64,000 nucleotides of DNA, from contig JAZDOD010000008.1 in the NCBI GenBank assembly GCA_043798995.1, positions 25,327 to 89,326 on the forward strand, written 5' to 3'. This DNA comes from a bacterium (lineage in GTDB: Bacteria; Patescibacteriota; Patescibacteriia; JAACEG01; JAGUWE01). The number at the start of each line of letters is the position of its first letter. Within the stretch, counting starts at the first letter, position 1. Made by a program: the position numbers and the translations under genes. Under the pieces are notes generated by a model. That model was given only the letters and a program-made list of their open reading frames with translations, made no database searches and had not been told where the DNA came from. Below are positions 19,915 through 27,754 of the stretch, piece by piece.

Positions 19915-19954
19915 TGTTTGTTTTTTATTTTAATTTTTCATTATTGAATTTTTT

Positions 19955-19984
19955 ATCCTCTCCACTTTCAAGTTTATTGAGTAG
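19955..19984 (+). pseudogene. Orphan 3' end (ILSTFKFIE*) of a PsbP-like surface-protein module
   Basis: atcctctccactttcaagttta is identical (22 nt) to 21695-21716 and near-identical to the 3' end of the 21920 gene, but has no attached ORF. Confidence 0.7.
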
Positions 19985-20110
19985 CTTTCCCGCAGTCGAT
20001 CAATCCTGAATTAAAAATGAAATGTATAGCTTGTGTTTTCCGCATATGCAGGAAATGCAAGTCGATATAATATAGGTGATATGAAAGGTCTTTTTTGTAT
20101 GCTAAACCGC

Positions 20111-20139
20111 TTGCGAATAAGCTTATTTTGTGCTATGAT
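20111..20139 (+). promoter_or_regulatory. Promoter giving a probably leaderless transcript of the toxin-antitoxin-like pair
   Basis: TTGCGA, 17 bp, TG-n-TATGAT; ATG begins 7 nt after the -10 box. Confidence 0.55.
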
Positions 20140-20145
20140 CCCAAT

Positions 20146-20349
20146 ATGTACAACTGGTCAGTAGACGTCAAAAAATTGAAAAAAGACAAGAAAAAATATG
20201 CCATCTGGCGCTTGGAGCAGATGGTAAATTTTGGTTTGACTGGGGAAAAAATCAAAGCCGGAGAATTAAGGAAAAGCTGGCGCAAGTTGGAGCTGGATCC
20301 CCTTAAAAAGAAGTATTTAAAAATGCTTTTATGGCCAAGACGATCTTAA
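20146..20349 (+). CDS. Small basic protein, probable antitoxin/partner of the AbiEii-like nucleotidyltransferase
   Basis: MYNWSVDVKKLKK...WRLEQMVNFGL...LDPLKKKYLKMLLW; overlaps the downstream gene. Confidence 0.65.
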   Translation: MYNWSVDVKKLKKDKKKYAIWRLEQMVNFGLTGEKIKAGELRKSWRKLELDPLKKKYLKMLLWPRRS

Positions 20350-20996
20350 GTCCGAATCAGAAAATAATTCTGGATGTTTTAAGCAGCGACGATAACCTCC
20401 GTCGTGATTTTTATCTTACCGGAGGTACGGCGCTATCCGAATATTATCTTCATCATCGCCTGTCGGAGGATCTGGATTTTTTTTCCGAGAAAGAGTTTGA
20501 TCCGCAAATAATTTCCGTATTTTTTAAAAAAAACAAATCCGCGATAGGCATCAGAAAAATTGCCTTTGAAAGCAGTTTCAACCGCAATCTTTTTTTTCTG
20601 CATTTGCCAAAAAGCGAGATTATTAAAACCGAATTTACTTATTTTCCCTTTCCACGAATCGAAAAGAAAAAAGGAGCAGACAAGCTGGCCATCGATGGTA
20701 TTTTGGATATTGCTGTTAATAAAATTTTCACCATCTATCAGAAACCGCGCTCAAGGGATTTTATTGACCTGTATTTTATTCTCAAAAAAACCGGCTGGAG
20801 AATCGAAGATATTGTGACAAAAGCCAAAATTAAATTTGACTGGCACATAGATTACCTGCAGCTGGGTAGCAAATTCTTGCTGGCAAAAGAAGTCGGCGAT
20901 CGTCCGCGGATGCTTGTGAAAATCAATGACAAAGTTTGGCAGAATTTTTTTGTCAAAGAAGCCAAAAACTTCAAGAGCAAGATATTGGTGAAATAA
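20331..20996 (+). CDS. Nucleotidyltransferase AbiEii/AbiGii toxin family protein
   Basis: FYLTGGTALSEYYLHHRLSEDLDFF, NKI, RSRDFIDLY. Confidence 0.88.
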   Translation: MAKTILSPNQKIILDVLSSDDNLRRDFYLTGGTALSEYYLHHRLSEDLDFFSEKEFDPQIISVFFKKNKSAIGIRKIAFESSFNRNLFFLHLPKSEIIKTEFTYFPFPRIEKKKGADKLAIDGILDIAVNKIFTIYQKPRSRDFIDLYFILKKTGWRIEDIVTKAKIKFDWHIDYLQLGSKFLLAKEVGDRPRMLVKINDKVWQNFFVKEAKNFKSKILVK

Positions 20997-21043
20997 TTTT
21001 TTTAATGCAGTATTAAAGCATACTGCAGCAAAACAAAATATCT

Positions 21044-21727
21044 ATGAACACAAAAATCAAAACAGGGTTAGGGCTAATAATTATCATAATTCTCGTCACA
21101 ACGATTGGAGTTTTTGTTTGGCAGATTCAGAAAAAAGCTCAAAATCCTACTCAACCCGAGGAACAGCAGTGCACGATGGAAGCCAAAGTATGCCCTGACG
21201 GTTCATCTGTCGGCCGCACTGGACCAAAATGTGAATTTGCGCCGTGCCCGAGCGGAAATGATGTTTCTGACCTTGTTCCGAGCGAAGTCGAGGGATGGCA
21301 AACTTACCGGAATGAGAAGTATGGGTTTGAGTTTAAGTATCCGAATGGCTATGCTATCTATGATGATTATAACGGTTCGCTTGTTTATAATGCATATCCA
21401 AGCAAGAATTTGTTTTTTGTTGGTGAAAATAGGGAAGATAACATTAGATCTCCAATTGATGGCTTAATGTTTTTAGAAAATTCTGAAAGCATGAATAAGG
21501 CAATTGTGAAACTTAAAAAAAGAGATGTTTTAACCGAAGTATTGGAAGAAAAAGAATTGATTATAAATGATATGGCCGGTAAAAAAATTATCTTGACTGC
21601 TGCAATCGGATATAATGATGCTCATTATTTTTTTAGTAAAAATAATAAGAACTTTGAAATAATTTATGATGGTGATAATAAAGTTCATGACCAAATCCTC
21701 TCCACTTTCAAGTTTACCCCGCACTAA
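21044..21727 (+). CDS. Membrane-anchored surface protein: Cys-rich CTMEAKVCPDG motif plus PsbP-like domain
   Basis: TM anchor; CTMEAKVCPDGSSVGRTGPKCEFAPCP; WQTYRNEKYGFEFKYP ... DQILSTFKF. Confidence 0.75.
   Translation: MNTKIKTGLGLIIIIILVTTIGVFVWQIQKKAQNPTQPEEQQCTMEAKVCPDGSSVGRTGPKCEFAPCPSGNDVSDLVPSEVEGWQTYRNEKYGFEFKYPNGYAIYDDYNGSLVYNAYPSKNLFFVGENREDNIRSPIDGLMFLENSESMNKAIVKLKKRDVLTEVLEEKELIINDMAGKKIILTAAIGYNDAHYFFSKNNKNFEIIYDGDNKVHDQILSTFKFTPH
21272..21295. repeat. CTTG-tailed REP-like hairpin inserted in frame (LVPSEVEG)
   Basis: cttgttccgagcgaagtcgaggga is 24 nt; removing it gives VSD-WQTY, matching the paralogous TTN-WKLY and FDN-WQTY junctions. Confidence 0.75.
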
Positions 21728-21815
21728 AGCTAGACACATAAGTGCGTGGTCATAAAGAGAAGAAATAAAAAGTAACATTATCCCATAGCTGCAGATGCAA
21801 GCTTTTAGTGCGGGG
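21717..21815. mobile_element. MITE-like element with CCCCGCAC terminal inverted repeats, flanked by TTTA on both sides
   Basis: ttta|ccccgcactaaagct...agcttttagtgcgggg|ttta; removal restores ...FKFIAPE*. Confidence 0.8.
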
Positions 21816-21919
21816 TTTATAGCACCCGAATAGCGGTATGCGAATAGCGCATAACGAAAGCGCGCACTCGAATTAAATTTCTGCGAAAGCGCCCACTCGA
21901 ATAATTTAATAAATAATTA

Positions 21920-23356
21920 ATGAACACAAAAATTAAAACCGGATTAGGGCTAATAATTATCCTAATCCTCGTCATAACAATCGGAGTTTTTGTGTGGCAG
22001 GCGAGGAAAAAACAACAGGGAACGAGCAATATTGATACTGGGCAGGTGAGCGAACAAGCAGATAATTATCAAAATTCAACCCAAATTGCTAATCCGGCTT
22101 CAGTCTACTGCGAACAGAATGGCGGAAAATCAGAAATTTTGAAAAATGAAAACAGCGAACCGAAGGGTTTTTGTATTTTTCCAGATGGAGTTGTTTGTGA
22201 AGAATGGCAAAATTACAGAGGAGAGTGTAGATTAAGAGATGTAAAAAAGGTTGATACAACTAACTGGAAATTATATCGAAGTGATAAATATGGATTTGAG
22301 TTCAGATATCCAGAAGAATGCGGCCAAGTTCAAGTTTCTGAATCAGAAAATGATTGTGGGCCTAGGTATAATTGCACAGGCAAGACGATGTGCATCAAAT
22401 TTTCTAATGGTAAATGTTTAGTCAGGGGCAGTTCAATTTCTCATGATTGGGAAGGTCCAGCGACAGAAGGTATCCCGCCTTTTTATAAATTTGACGGAAA
22501 CTTATGGACAACAAGATGTGATTTTAATTGTCAAATTATTAATCCCAGTAATAATATTCAGGATGCAAGAGTTCTTGGTTTTATTTTTCCTTGCTATAAA
22601 TCAGGCGAAATGTGTTTTTCGAGTGAATATTTTGAATATAACGCATGGATTAATTATGAAAATGATAAATTTGTTGGTATGAATTTTTTTGTTACGTTGA
22701 GCAATGACCAGATTATTAAACAAACAAGAGAGGCGCATATATTATATACCGATAGCCAAGACGAAGAATCTTATAAAAGGCTTAGAAATATTTTTGAAAA
22801 AACCGTTTTAAATGATCAGAATTTAAACTTTCAAATGGATTTAATAAGCGGCATTGCACAAACTTTTCATAATTATTATTTTGATAATTGGCAAACTTAT
22901 CGGAATGAGAAGTATGGGTTTGAGTTTAGGTATCCAAATGATTGGGTTATAAATACGAATAATTCTCAAAGAATTACCTTAAATAGTTCTGAAAATGAAC
23001 AAAACAAGAAGGATATAGAGAGTGGTAAAATGTATGGGGAGGGGTATTTAGAAGATATAATATTTTCATATTATAATAGTTTGTTAGATGAGCCAGAAAA
23101 TTCAGGGAACAACATTAATGCCAAAACTCTTGAAGAATTCGTTAATAAAAATCAGTTAATTTCAAATAAAGAAAAGATAAATTTTTCAGGTGATATTGCT
23201 TGGTCAATGACCCGCGGCGGATTTGGGGCATATTATACAATTCTTGACGTTCATAATGAGCATCTTTATGAAATTATGTTTGGCAGGAAAAGTAATAAAT
23301 CCGATTTATCGGCAACAGAAAACCAAATCCTCTCCACTTTTAAATTTATCCCTTAA
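21920..23356 (+). CDS. Membrane-anchored surface protein: DUF333-like domain plus two PsbP-like modules
   Basis: IANPASVYCEQNGG...CIFPDGVVCEEW (DUF333-like); WKLYRSDKYGFEFRYP and WQTYRNEKYGFEFRYP; ends NQILSTFKF. Confidence 0.75.
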   Translation: MNTKIKTGLGLIIILILVITIGVFVWQARKKQQGTSNIDTGQVSEQADNYQNSTQIANPASVYCEQNGGKSEILKNENSEPKGFCIFPDGVVCEEWQNYRGECRLRDVKKVDTTNWKLYRSDKYGFEFRYPEECGQVQVSESENDCGPRYNCTGKTMCIKFSNGKCLVRGSSISHDWEGPATEGIPPFYKFDGNLWTTRCDFNCQIINPSNNIQDARVLGFIFPCYKSGEMCFSSEYFEYNAWINYENDKFVGMNFFVTLSNDQIIKQTREAHILYTDSQDEESYKRLRNIFEKTVLNDQNLNFQMDLISGIAQTFHNYYFDNWQTYRNEKYGFEFRYPNDWVINTNNSQRITLNSSENEQNKKDIESGKMYGEGYLEDIIFSYYNSLLDEPENSGNNINAKTLEEFVNKNQLISNKEKINFSGDIAWSMTRGGFGAYYTILDVHNEHLYEIMFGRKSNKSDLSATENQILSTFKFIP

Positions 23357-23371
23357 TAAATTCGGGACAAG
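23349..23371. repeat. CAAG-tailed short hairpin inserted at the gene end
   Basis: ttta|tcccttaataaattcgggacaag|ttgattaa; removal restores ...FKFID*. Confidence 0.65.
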
Positions 23372-23401
23372 TTGATTAAATTTTGATTTTAGTTTTTTCT
23401 A

Positions 23402-23863
23402 ATGTTTTTTATAAAACAACAGAAAAACAGTGGCTTTACTTTAATTGAGTTAATTATTGTCATTGCCTTGATTGGTATTTTGGCTATTTTAGCCATACCT
23501 TTTTATCAATCGCTTCAGCTTAAGGCGGATTTGAATCAGGTTGGGGAAAAACTGGCTTCGGATCTTCGCCGCCAGCAAACCTACACTATTTCCGGCAAGG
23601 GAGCGAGCGCCTGGGGTGTGAGTTTTAATGCCGATTCCTACACCTTGTTTAAAGGCGTTTCTTTTGTTTTACGCAATCCGACGGCTGATGAAGTGGTTAA
23701 TTTGCCAAAATCAGTTCGTTTGTCTTTTCCGGCAGCGGAATTAGTTTTTAGCGTTCCGACAGGCAATACTTCATCTCCGGGCCAATTGACTTTAACCAAT
23801 TTAGTCAATAATCAGACCTTAACCATTAATATTTTTTCTCAGGGCTTGGTGCAATTAAATTAA
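23402..23863 (+). CDS. Type IV minor pilin (FimT/GspH-like)
   Basis: Class III signal G|FTLIELIIVIALIGIL. Confidence 0.88.
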   Translation: MFFIKQQKNSGFTLIELIIVIALIGILAILAIPFYQSLQLKADLNQVGEKLASDLRRQQTYTISGKGASAWGVSFNADSYTLFKGVSFVLRNPTADEVVNLPKSVRLSFPAAELVFSVPTGNTSSPGQLTLTNLVNNQTLTINIFSQGLVQLN

Positions 23864-23882
23864 ATAGTTTAGAAATATATTT

Positions 23883-26819
23883 ATGAAAAGAGGGGGAGAA
23901 GGTTTATCTTTAATTGAGGTTATCATTGCCGTGGCCTTTTTTTCATTAGTAGCCGCGGCTTTGTTTAATTTATTAGGTGGAAGTTATATTGGTTTAAATA
24001 GTTCTTTCTCGTATCAAAAAGCTCTTTTTTACGCTCAGGAAGGCGCCGAAGCGGTTCGCAGTGTTCGCAATCAGGCCTGGAGTAATTTGCGCGCCGGAAC
24101 TTTTGGCTTAAGCTCAAATTCCGGTCGCTGGCAATTTTCCGGCAGCAGTGAATTACTTGATAATTTTTTTACCAGAAAAATAATTGTTGAGGATGTTTAT
24201 CGCGATGGCTCGGGGAATGTGGTTCAGCCGAGCGCGCCGGGAGCAGTACTTGATATTCATACTAAAAAAATTGTGTCCCAAGTTTCCTGGCCAACGCCGG
24301 GCGGAACTAATAATCAGGTTAGCTTGCCCTTTTTTGTTTCCAGCTGGCAAACTAAAAACTGGATTCAAACCGATTGGAGCGGCGGCTCGGGCCAGTCTAT
24401 TTGGAATAATGCAACAAGGTTTTTTAGTGATGACGGCAATGTTGATTACGCAACGGCCGACGAAATTAAACTAAAAGAAACAACTACCGGCTTGGTTTCT
24501 AAGACCTGGGATTTTGATTCCGCCCCTGATTATGATTTTGATCCGCAAAAAATTGAAGTTGTTTCAAGTTACGCCCAACTAAAGCCCCAAATCCAGACCT
24601 TTACCGGTCAAAGCATTAACAGTGAATTTTCTTCTGATATCAGCGGCTGGTCGTTTTATGCTTGGGATGTAGGCAGTGGCGAGGTGACGCCTCAAGGCAA
24701 TTGGCGCGCTAGCGGCGGTAATCCCGGCGGTTTTGTTGAAACAGAAATTCCCTATGATGCTAGGGGCAACAATGTCGGTGGTTATTGGCAGCAAGCTATT
24801 AATATTACTCAAGCTAATCCGGATAATGTCACTTGTGCCTTTGATTGGCGTTTACTGAATTTCGTGGCACCAAGTGGAGTCAATGAATTAAGATTTTATG
24901 TCTTTTTAGATAATTTTTCCGGCACGCCGACTCTTAATCAAGCAGTTTGGTCAAGTCCGAATTTAGCCGGCGTAATGAGCTGGTCCGGTGTGCAAAATAT
25001 CAATTGCACGGCTAAGGTTACCAGCGCCAGAACTTATTATTATAAAATTGGTATTTTCTTGCGCGCCAAAAATAAACCCACCGGCCCAATTATTGGCGAC
25101 TATGATAATAGCGGCGTTTCTTGGACAAAAACAATAATTAGCTATCCGACTGATAATCCTTCGATTAATCCCATTGTTTCCTTCAATTCTTCGGCGGTTT
25201 CTATGTGGACTGGCTTTAGCGAAGCGGCGATAAAAAATGGCGGTCAAATTTACTATCAATTATCAGATGATGACGGAGCTAATTGGTATTATTGGAACAA
25301 TAATGTCTGGGCTTTGGCCGGATCAACTAATTACAACACGGCCTCAGTTATTAATGCCAATATCAATTCTTTTCCGGCAGTTAATAAGAAAATTAATTTC
25401 AAAACTTTTTTGTCAAGTTCCGGCACTGAACAAGTGCAGCTGGATTCAGTCACAATTTCCTATCAGGTGCCGGTTTTGGGCAATTTATTTTGGGGCAATC
25501 GTTTTTTAGTCACGGCTTTGGATTCTTCATTTAGATTGACTTCCGCAAATCGGCGGCAAAGTTTGCGTTTTACCACTCAAAAAACAAAGACAATTAATAT
25601 TTTGCGCGTTTACGTTGATTTATTAAATAATCCGCCGACTTATCGTTTTGGTTTGCAAGCCGATAATGGCATCGGTTGGCCAAGTGGAGTTTATCTTGCT
25701 TATGGCGATTTAGGGCCAACTTTAGCTGGTTGGCAGACCATTACCCTGAATCAGCCGCTTAATTTAGTTCAGGGCCAAACTTATTATTTAGTTGTCAGTT
25801 GGCAATCGGGCCAAATCGGCGCCAACCGTTACATTGCTTTAAGGCGAACTTCACCGCTTAACAATCTTATTCCTTATGACCAAGCTGTTGATCCGCAGGC
25901 CAATGCCTTAAACTCAACCAATGGCGGCAGTAGTTGGCAGACCACTAATTTGCAGCCGCTTTATCAGTTGACTTTTCAGGATAATGACAGCGAAGGTAAT
26001 CCTTATGAAAATTTTATGGAAATGCCGGTTTATGGCAATTTTTTCCAAGGACAAAAGCTGACCTTGGCTGAAAATAAAGAATTTTCTGAAATCAGTTTTT
26101 ATGTCAAGCGTATCGGCAGTTTACAGCCGCTTGATAATTTATATTTCACCATTGATAATCTGACCGATAATGCTCGGCTTGTAAACGGCGTTCTGGCTAC
26201 TCCTTCAACGGTTGCCACGAATTATACCTGGCAGACCTATCAATTTCCGCAAAGAATTCATTTAGAAAAAGACAAAACCTACCGGCTTTATTTATCATCG
26301 CCCGGTTCCAGCATTAATTATTATTTAGTTTTGGCGCCAGTCACCTCCAATCAGGAATATTTTAAGACAATAACTTTTTTGGGTAAAAGCGGCTTAGCGG
26401 AGCAAAGCTCTGACCGCGGTGCCAGTTGGCAAGCTGCCGAGGAGCGGGACTTGAACTTTTATTTTGGTTTAATTCGCAAGACTTATGCGCCGCAAGGGGA
26501 GCTTATTTCCTCGGCTTTTAATACTACTGCGCCGGCCGCTTTTGATTTTTTGAGTTGGCAGGAAATTATTCCTTCGCCCAACGCTGATATCTGGGTTCAA
26601 TTGTCAACCGCGCCGAATAATGCCGGCTCGCCGGGAGTGTGGGGGCTTTGGCAAGGGCCGACCGGTCCCGGCTCTTATTACCAAAGCGGTCAGGAACAAC
26701 TTATTCCGGCTGCCAATAATCATAATGACAACCAATTTGTCCGCTATAAAATAATTTTGCTAAGCGACAGCACCGAGACACCGGTCTCTCAAGAAATAAA
26801 GGTTAATTTTACGCCGTAA
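23883..26819 (+). CDS. Giant pilin-like protein (PilV-like N-terminus plus multiple beta-sandwich domains), putative adhesin
   Basis: G|LSLIEVIIAVAFF, AQEGAEAVRSVR, then ~800 aa of Ser/Thr/Asn/Trp-rich beta sequence. Confidence 0.75.
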   Translation: MKRGGEGLSLIEVIIAVAFFSLVAAALFNLLGGSYIGLNSSFSYQKALFYAQEGAEAVRSVRNQAWSNLRAGTFGLSSNSGRWQFSGSSELLDNFFTRKIIVEDVYRDGSGNVVQPSAPGAVLDIHTKKIVSQVSWPTPGGTNNQVSLPFFVSSWQTKNWIQTDWSGGSGQSIWNNATRFFSDDGNVDYATADEIKLKETTTGLVSKTWDFDSAPDYDFDPQKIEVVSSYAQLKPQIQTFTGQSINSEFSSDISGWSFYAWDVGSGEVTPQGNWRASGGNPGGFVETEIPYDARGNNVGGYWQQAINITQANPDNVTCAFDWRLLNFVAPSGVNELRFYVFLDNFSGTPTLNQAVWSSPNLAGVMSWSGVQNINCTAKVTSARTYYYKIGIFLRAKNKPTGPIIGDYDNSGVSWTKTIISYPTDNPSINPIVSFNSSAVSMWTGFSEAAIKNGGQIYYQLSDDDGANWYYWNNNVWALAGSTNYNTASVINANINSFPAVNKKINFKTFLSSSGTEQVQLDSVTISYQVPVLGNLFWGNRFLVTALDSSFRLTSANRRQSLRFTTQKTKTINILRVYVDLLNNPPTYRFGLQADNGIGWPSGVYLAYGDLGPTLAGWQTITLNQPLNLVQGQTYYLVVSWQSGQIGANRYIALRRTSPLNNLIPYDQAVDPQANALNSTNGGSSWQTTNLQPLYQLTFQDNDSEGNPYENFMEMPVYGNFFQGQKLTLAENKEFSEISFYVKRIGSLQPLDNLYFTIDNLTDNARLVNGVLATPSTVATNYTWQTYQFPQRIHLEKDKTYRLYLSSPGSSINYYLVLAPVTSNQEYFKTITFLGKSGLAEQSSDRGASWQAAEERDLNFYFGLIRKTYAPQGELISSAFNTTAPAAFDFLSWQEIIPSPNADIWVQLSTAPNNAGSPGVWGLWQGPTGPGSYYQSGQEQLIPAANNHNDNQFVRYKIILLSDSTETPVSQEIKVNFTP

Positions 26820-26821
26820 TT

Positions 26822-27352
26822 ATGATGAAAAATACCAAATCCCAAAAAACAAAAGAATGGCGGGGAAGATCAAAAGGATTCACCTTAGTTGAATTGGTGA
26901 TTTATCTGGCCATTGTCAGTTTTGTTTTGTTGGTTGTCAGCGGATTTTTTTATAATATTCTGCTTGGCCGCAGCAAATTCAGCGCCCGCAGTGAAATTGC
27001 TTATAATGCTAATTTTGTTGAAAAAAAATTAGCTTTTTATATTCAGCAAGCCCAAAGCCTTCAAAGCGTCAGTCCCCAAACTTTGGTTTTAAATTTACCG
27101 CTAACGCAGACCATTACTTTTAATTTTAATGCCGCCAGACAGAAGCTAACCATGCAGGAAAGCAGCGGCCCCGTGGTTTATTTGAATACTGATAAGGTGG
27201 CGGTCAGCGGCAGTTTTTCTGATCTAAGTTATTTCCGGAGAAGCAGGAATATTTTAGTTGATTTAAAAATTTTAACCAAAAGCTCCAACCCCGCGCCATT
27301 TTGGCAAAATGAAACTGATTTTAAATTAAGTTTTGAATTAAGAAGCAAATAA
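26822..27352 (+). CDS. Type IV minor pilin (PilW/PulJ-like)
   Basis: G|FTLVELVIYLAIV. Confidence 0.85.
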   Translation: MMKNTKSQKTKEWRGRSKGFTLVELVIYLAIVSFVLLVVSGFFYNILLGRSKFSARSEIAYNANFVEKKLAFYIQQAQSLQSVSPQTLVLNLPLTQTITFNFNAARQKLTMQESSGPVVYLNTDKVAVSGSFSDLSYFRRSRNILVDLKILTKSSNPAPFWQNETDFKLSFELRSK

Positions 27353-27355
27353 AAT

Positions 27356-27739
27356 ATGAAAATAAAGTTTAAAAAAGATAGTCAGGGTTATATTTTAATT
27401 TTGACAGTTTTAGTTATCTCGGCTGCCTCGCTGATAATTGCTTTAGGGTTAAGCAAATTACTGATTGACCAAATAGTTTTAGAGGCCGAACAGTCGAGCA
27501 GTTTTAAAGCTTTGGCGTCGGCGGAAACCTGCAATGAAGATGGTTTGGAAAAATTAAGAAACATTTGGCAGAATTATAATTATTCATTGTCAATTGATGG
27601 CAATTCTTGTACAATAAATATAAATGCCACTGGTTTGCAGGCCCAACTCACCTCAACAGGTACCAGCGGCGGTTATACTAAAAAAACAAACATTACGATT
27701 GATAGGGCGATGAATGTTGTTTTTTGGCAGCAGATGTGA
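27356..27739 (+). CDS. PilX-like minor pilin
   Basis: G|YILILTVLVI (no Glu5), ALASAETCNEDGL. Confidence 0.7.
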   Translation: MKIKFKKDSQGYILILTVLVISAASLIIALGLSKLLIDQIVLEAEQSSSFKALASAETCNEDGLEKLRNIWQNYNYSLSIDGNSCTININATGLQAQLTSTGTSGGYTKKTNITIDRAMNVVFWQQM

Positions 27740-27754
27740 TTAATAAAATTATTT

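Noticed and set aside
19985-21043. Integron cassette array explaining the variable locus
   Set aside because: No RYYYAAC...GTTRRRY attC structure and no integrase were recognised; the palindrome at ~20027-20062 does not fit attC.
21826-21902. Possible mini-CRISPR array
   Set aside because: Repeats are short and degenerate, there are no regular unique spacers, and no cas genes are present.
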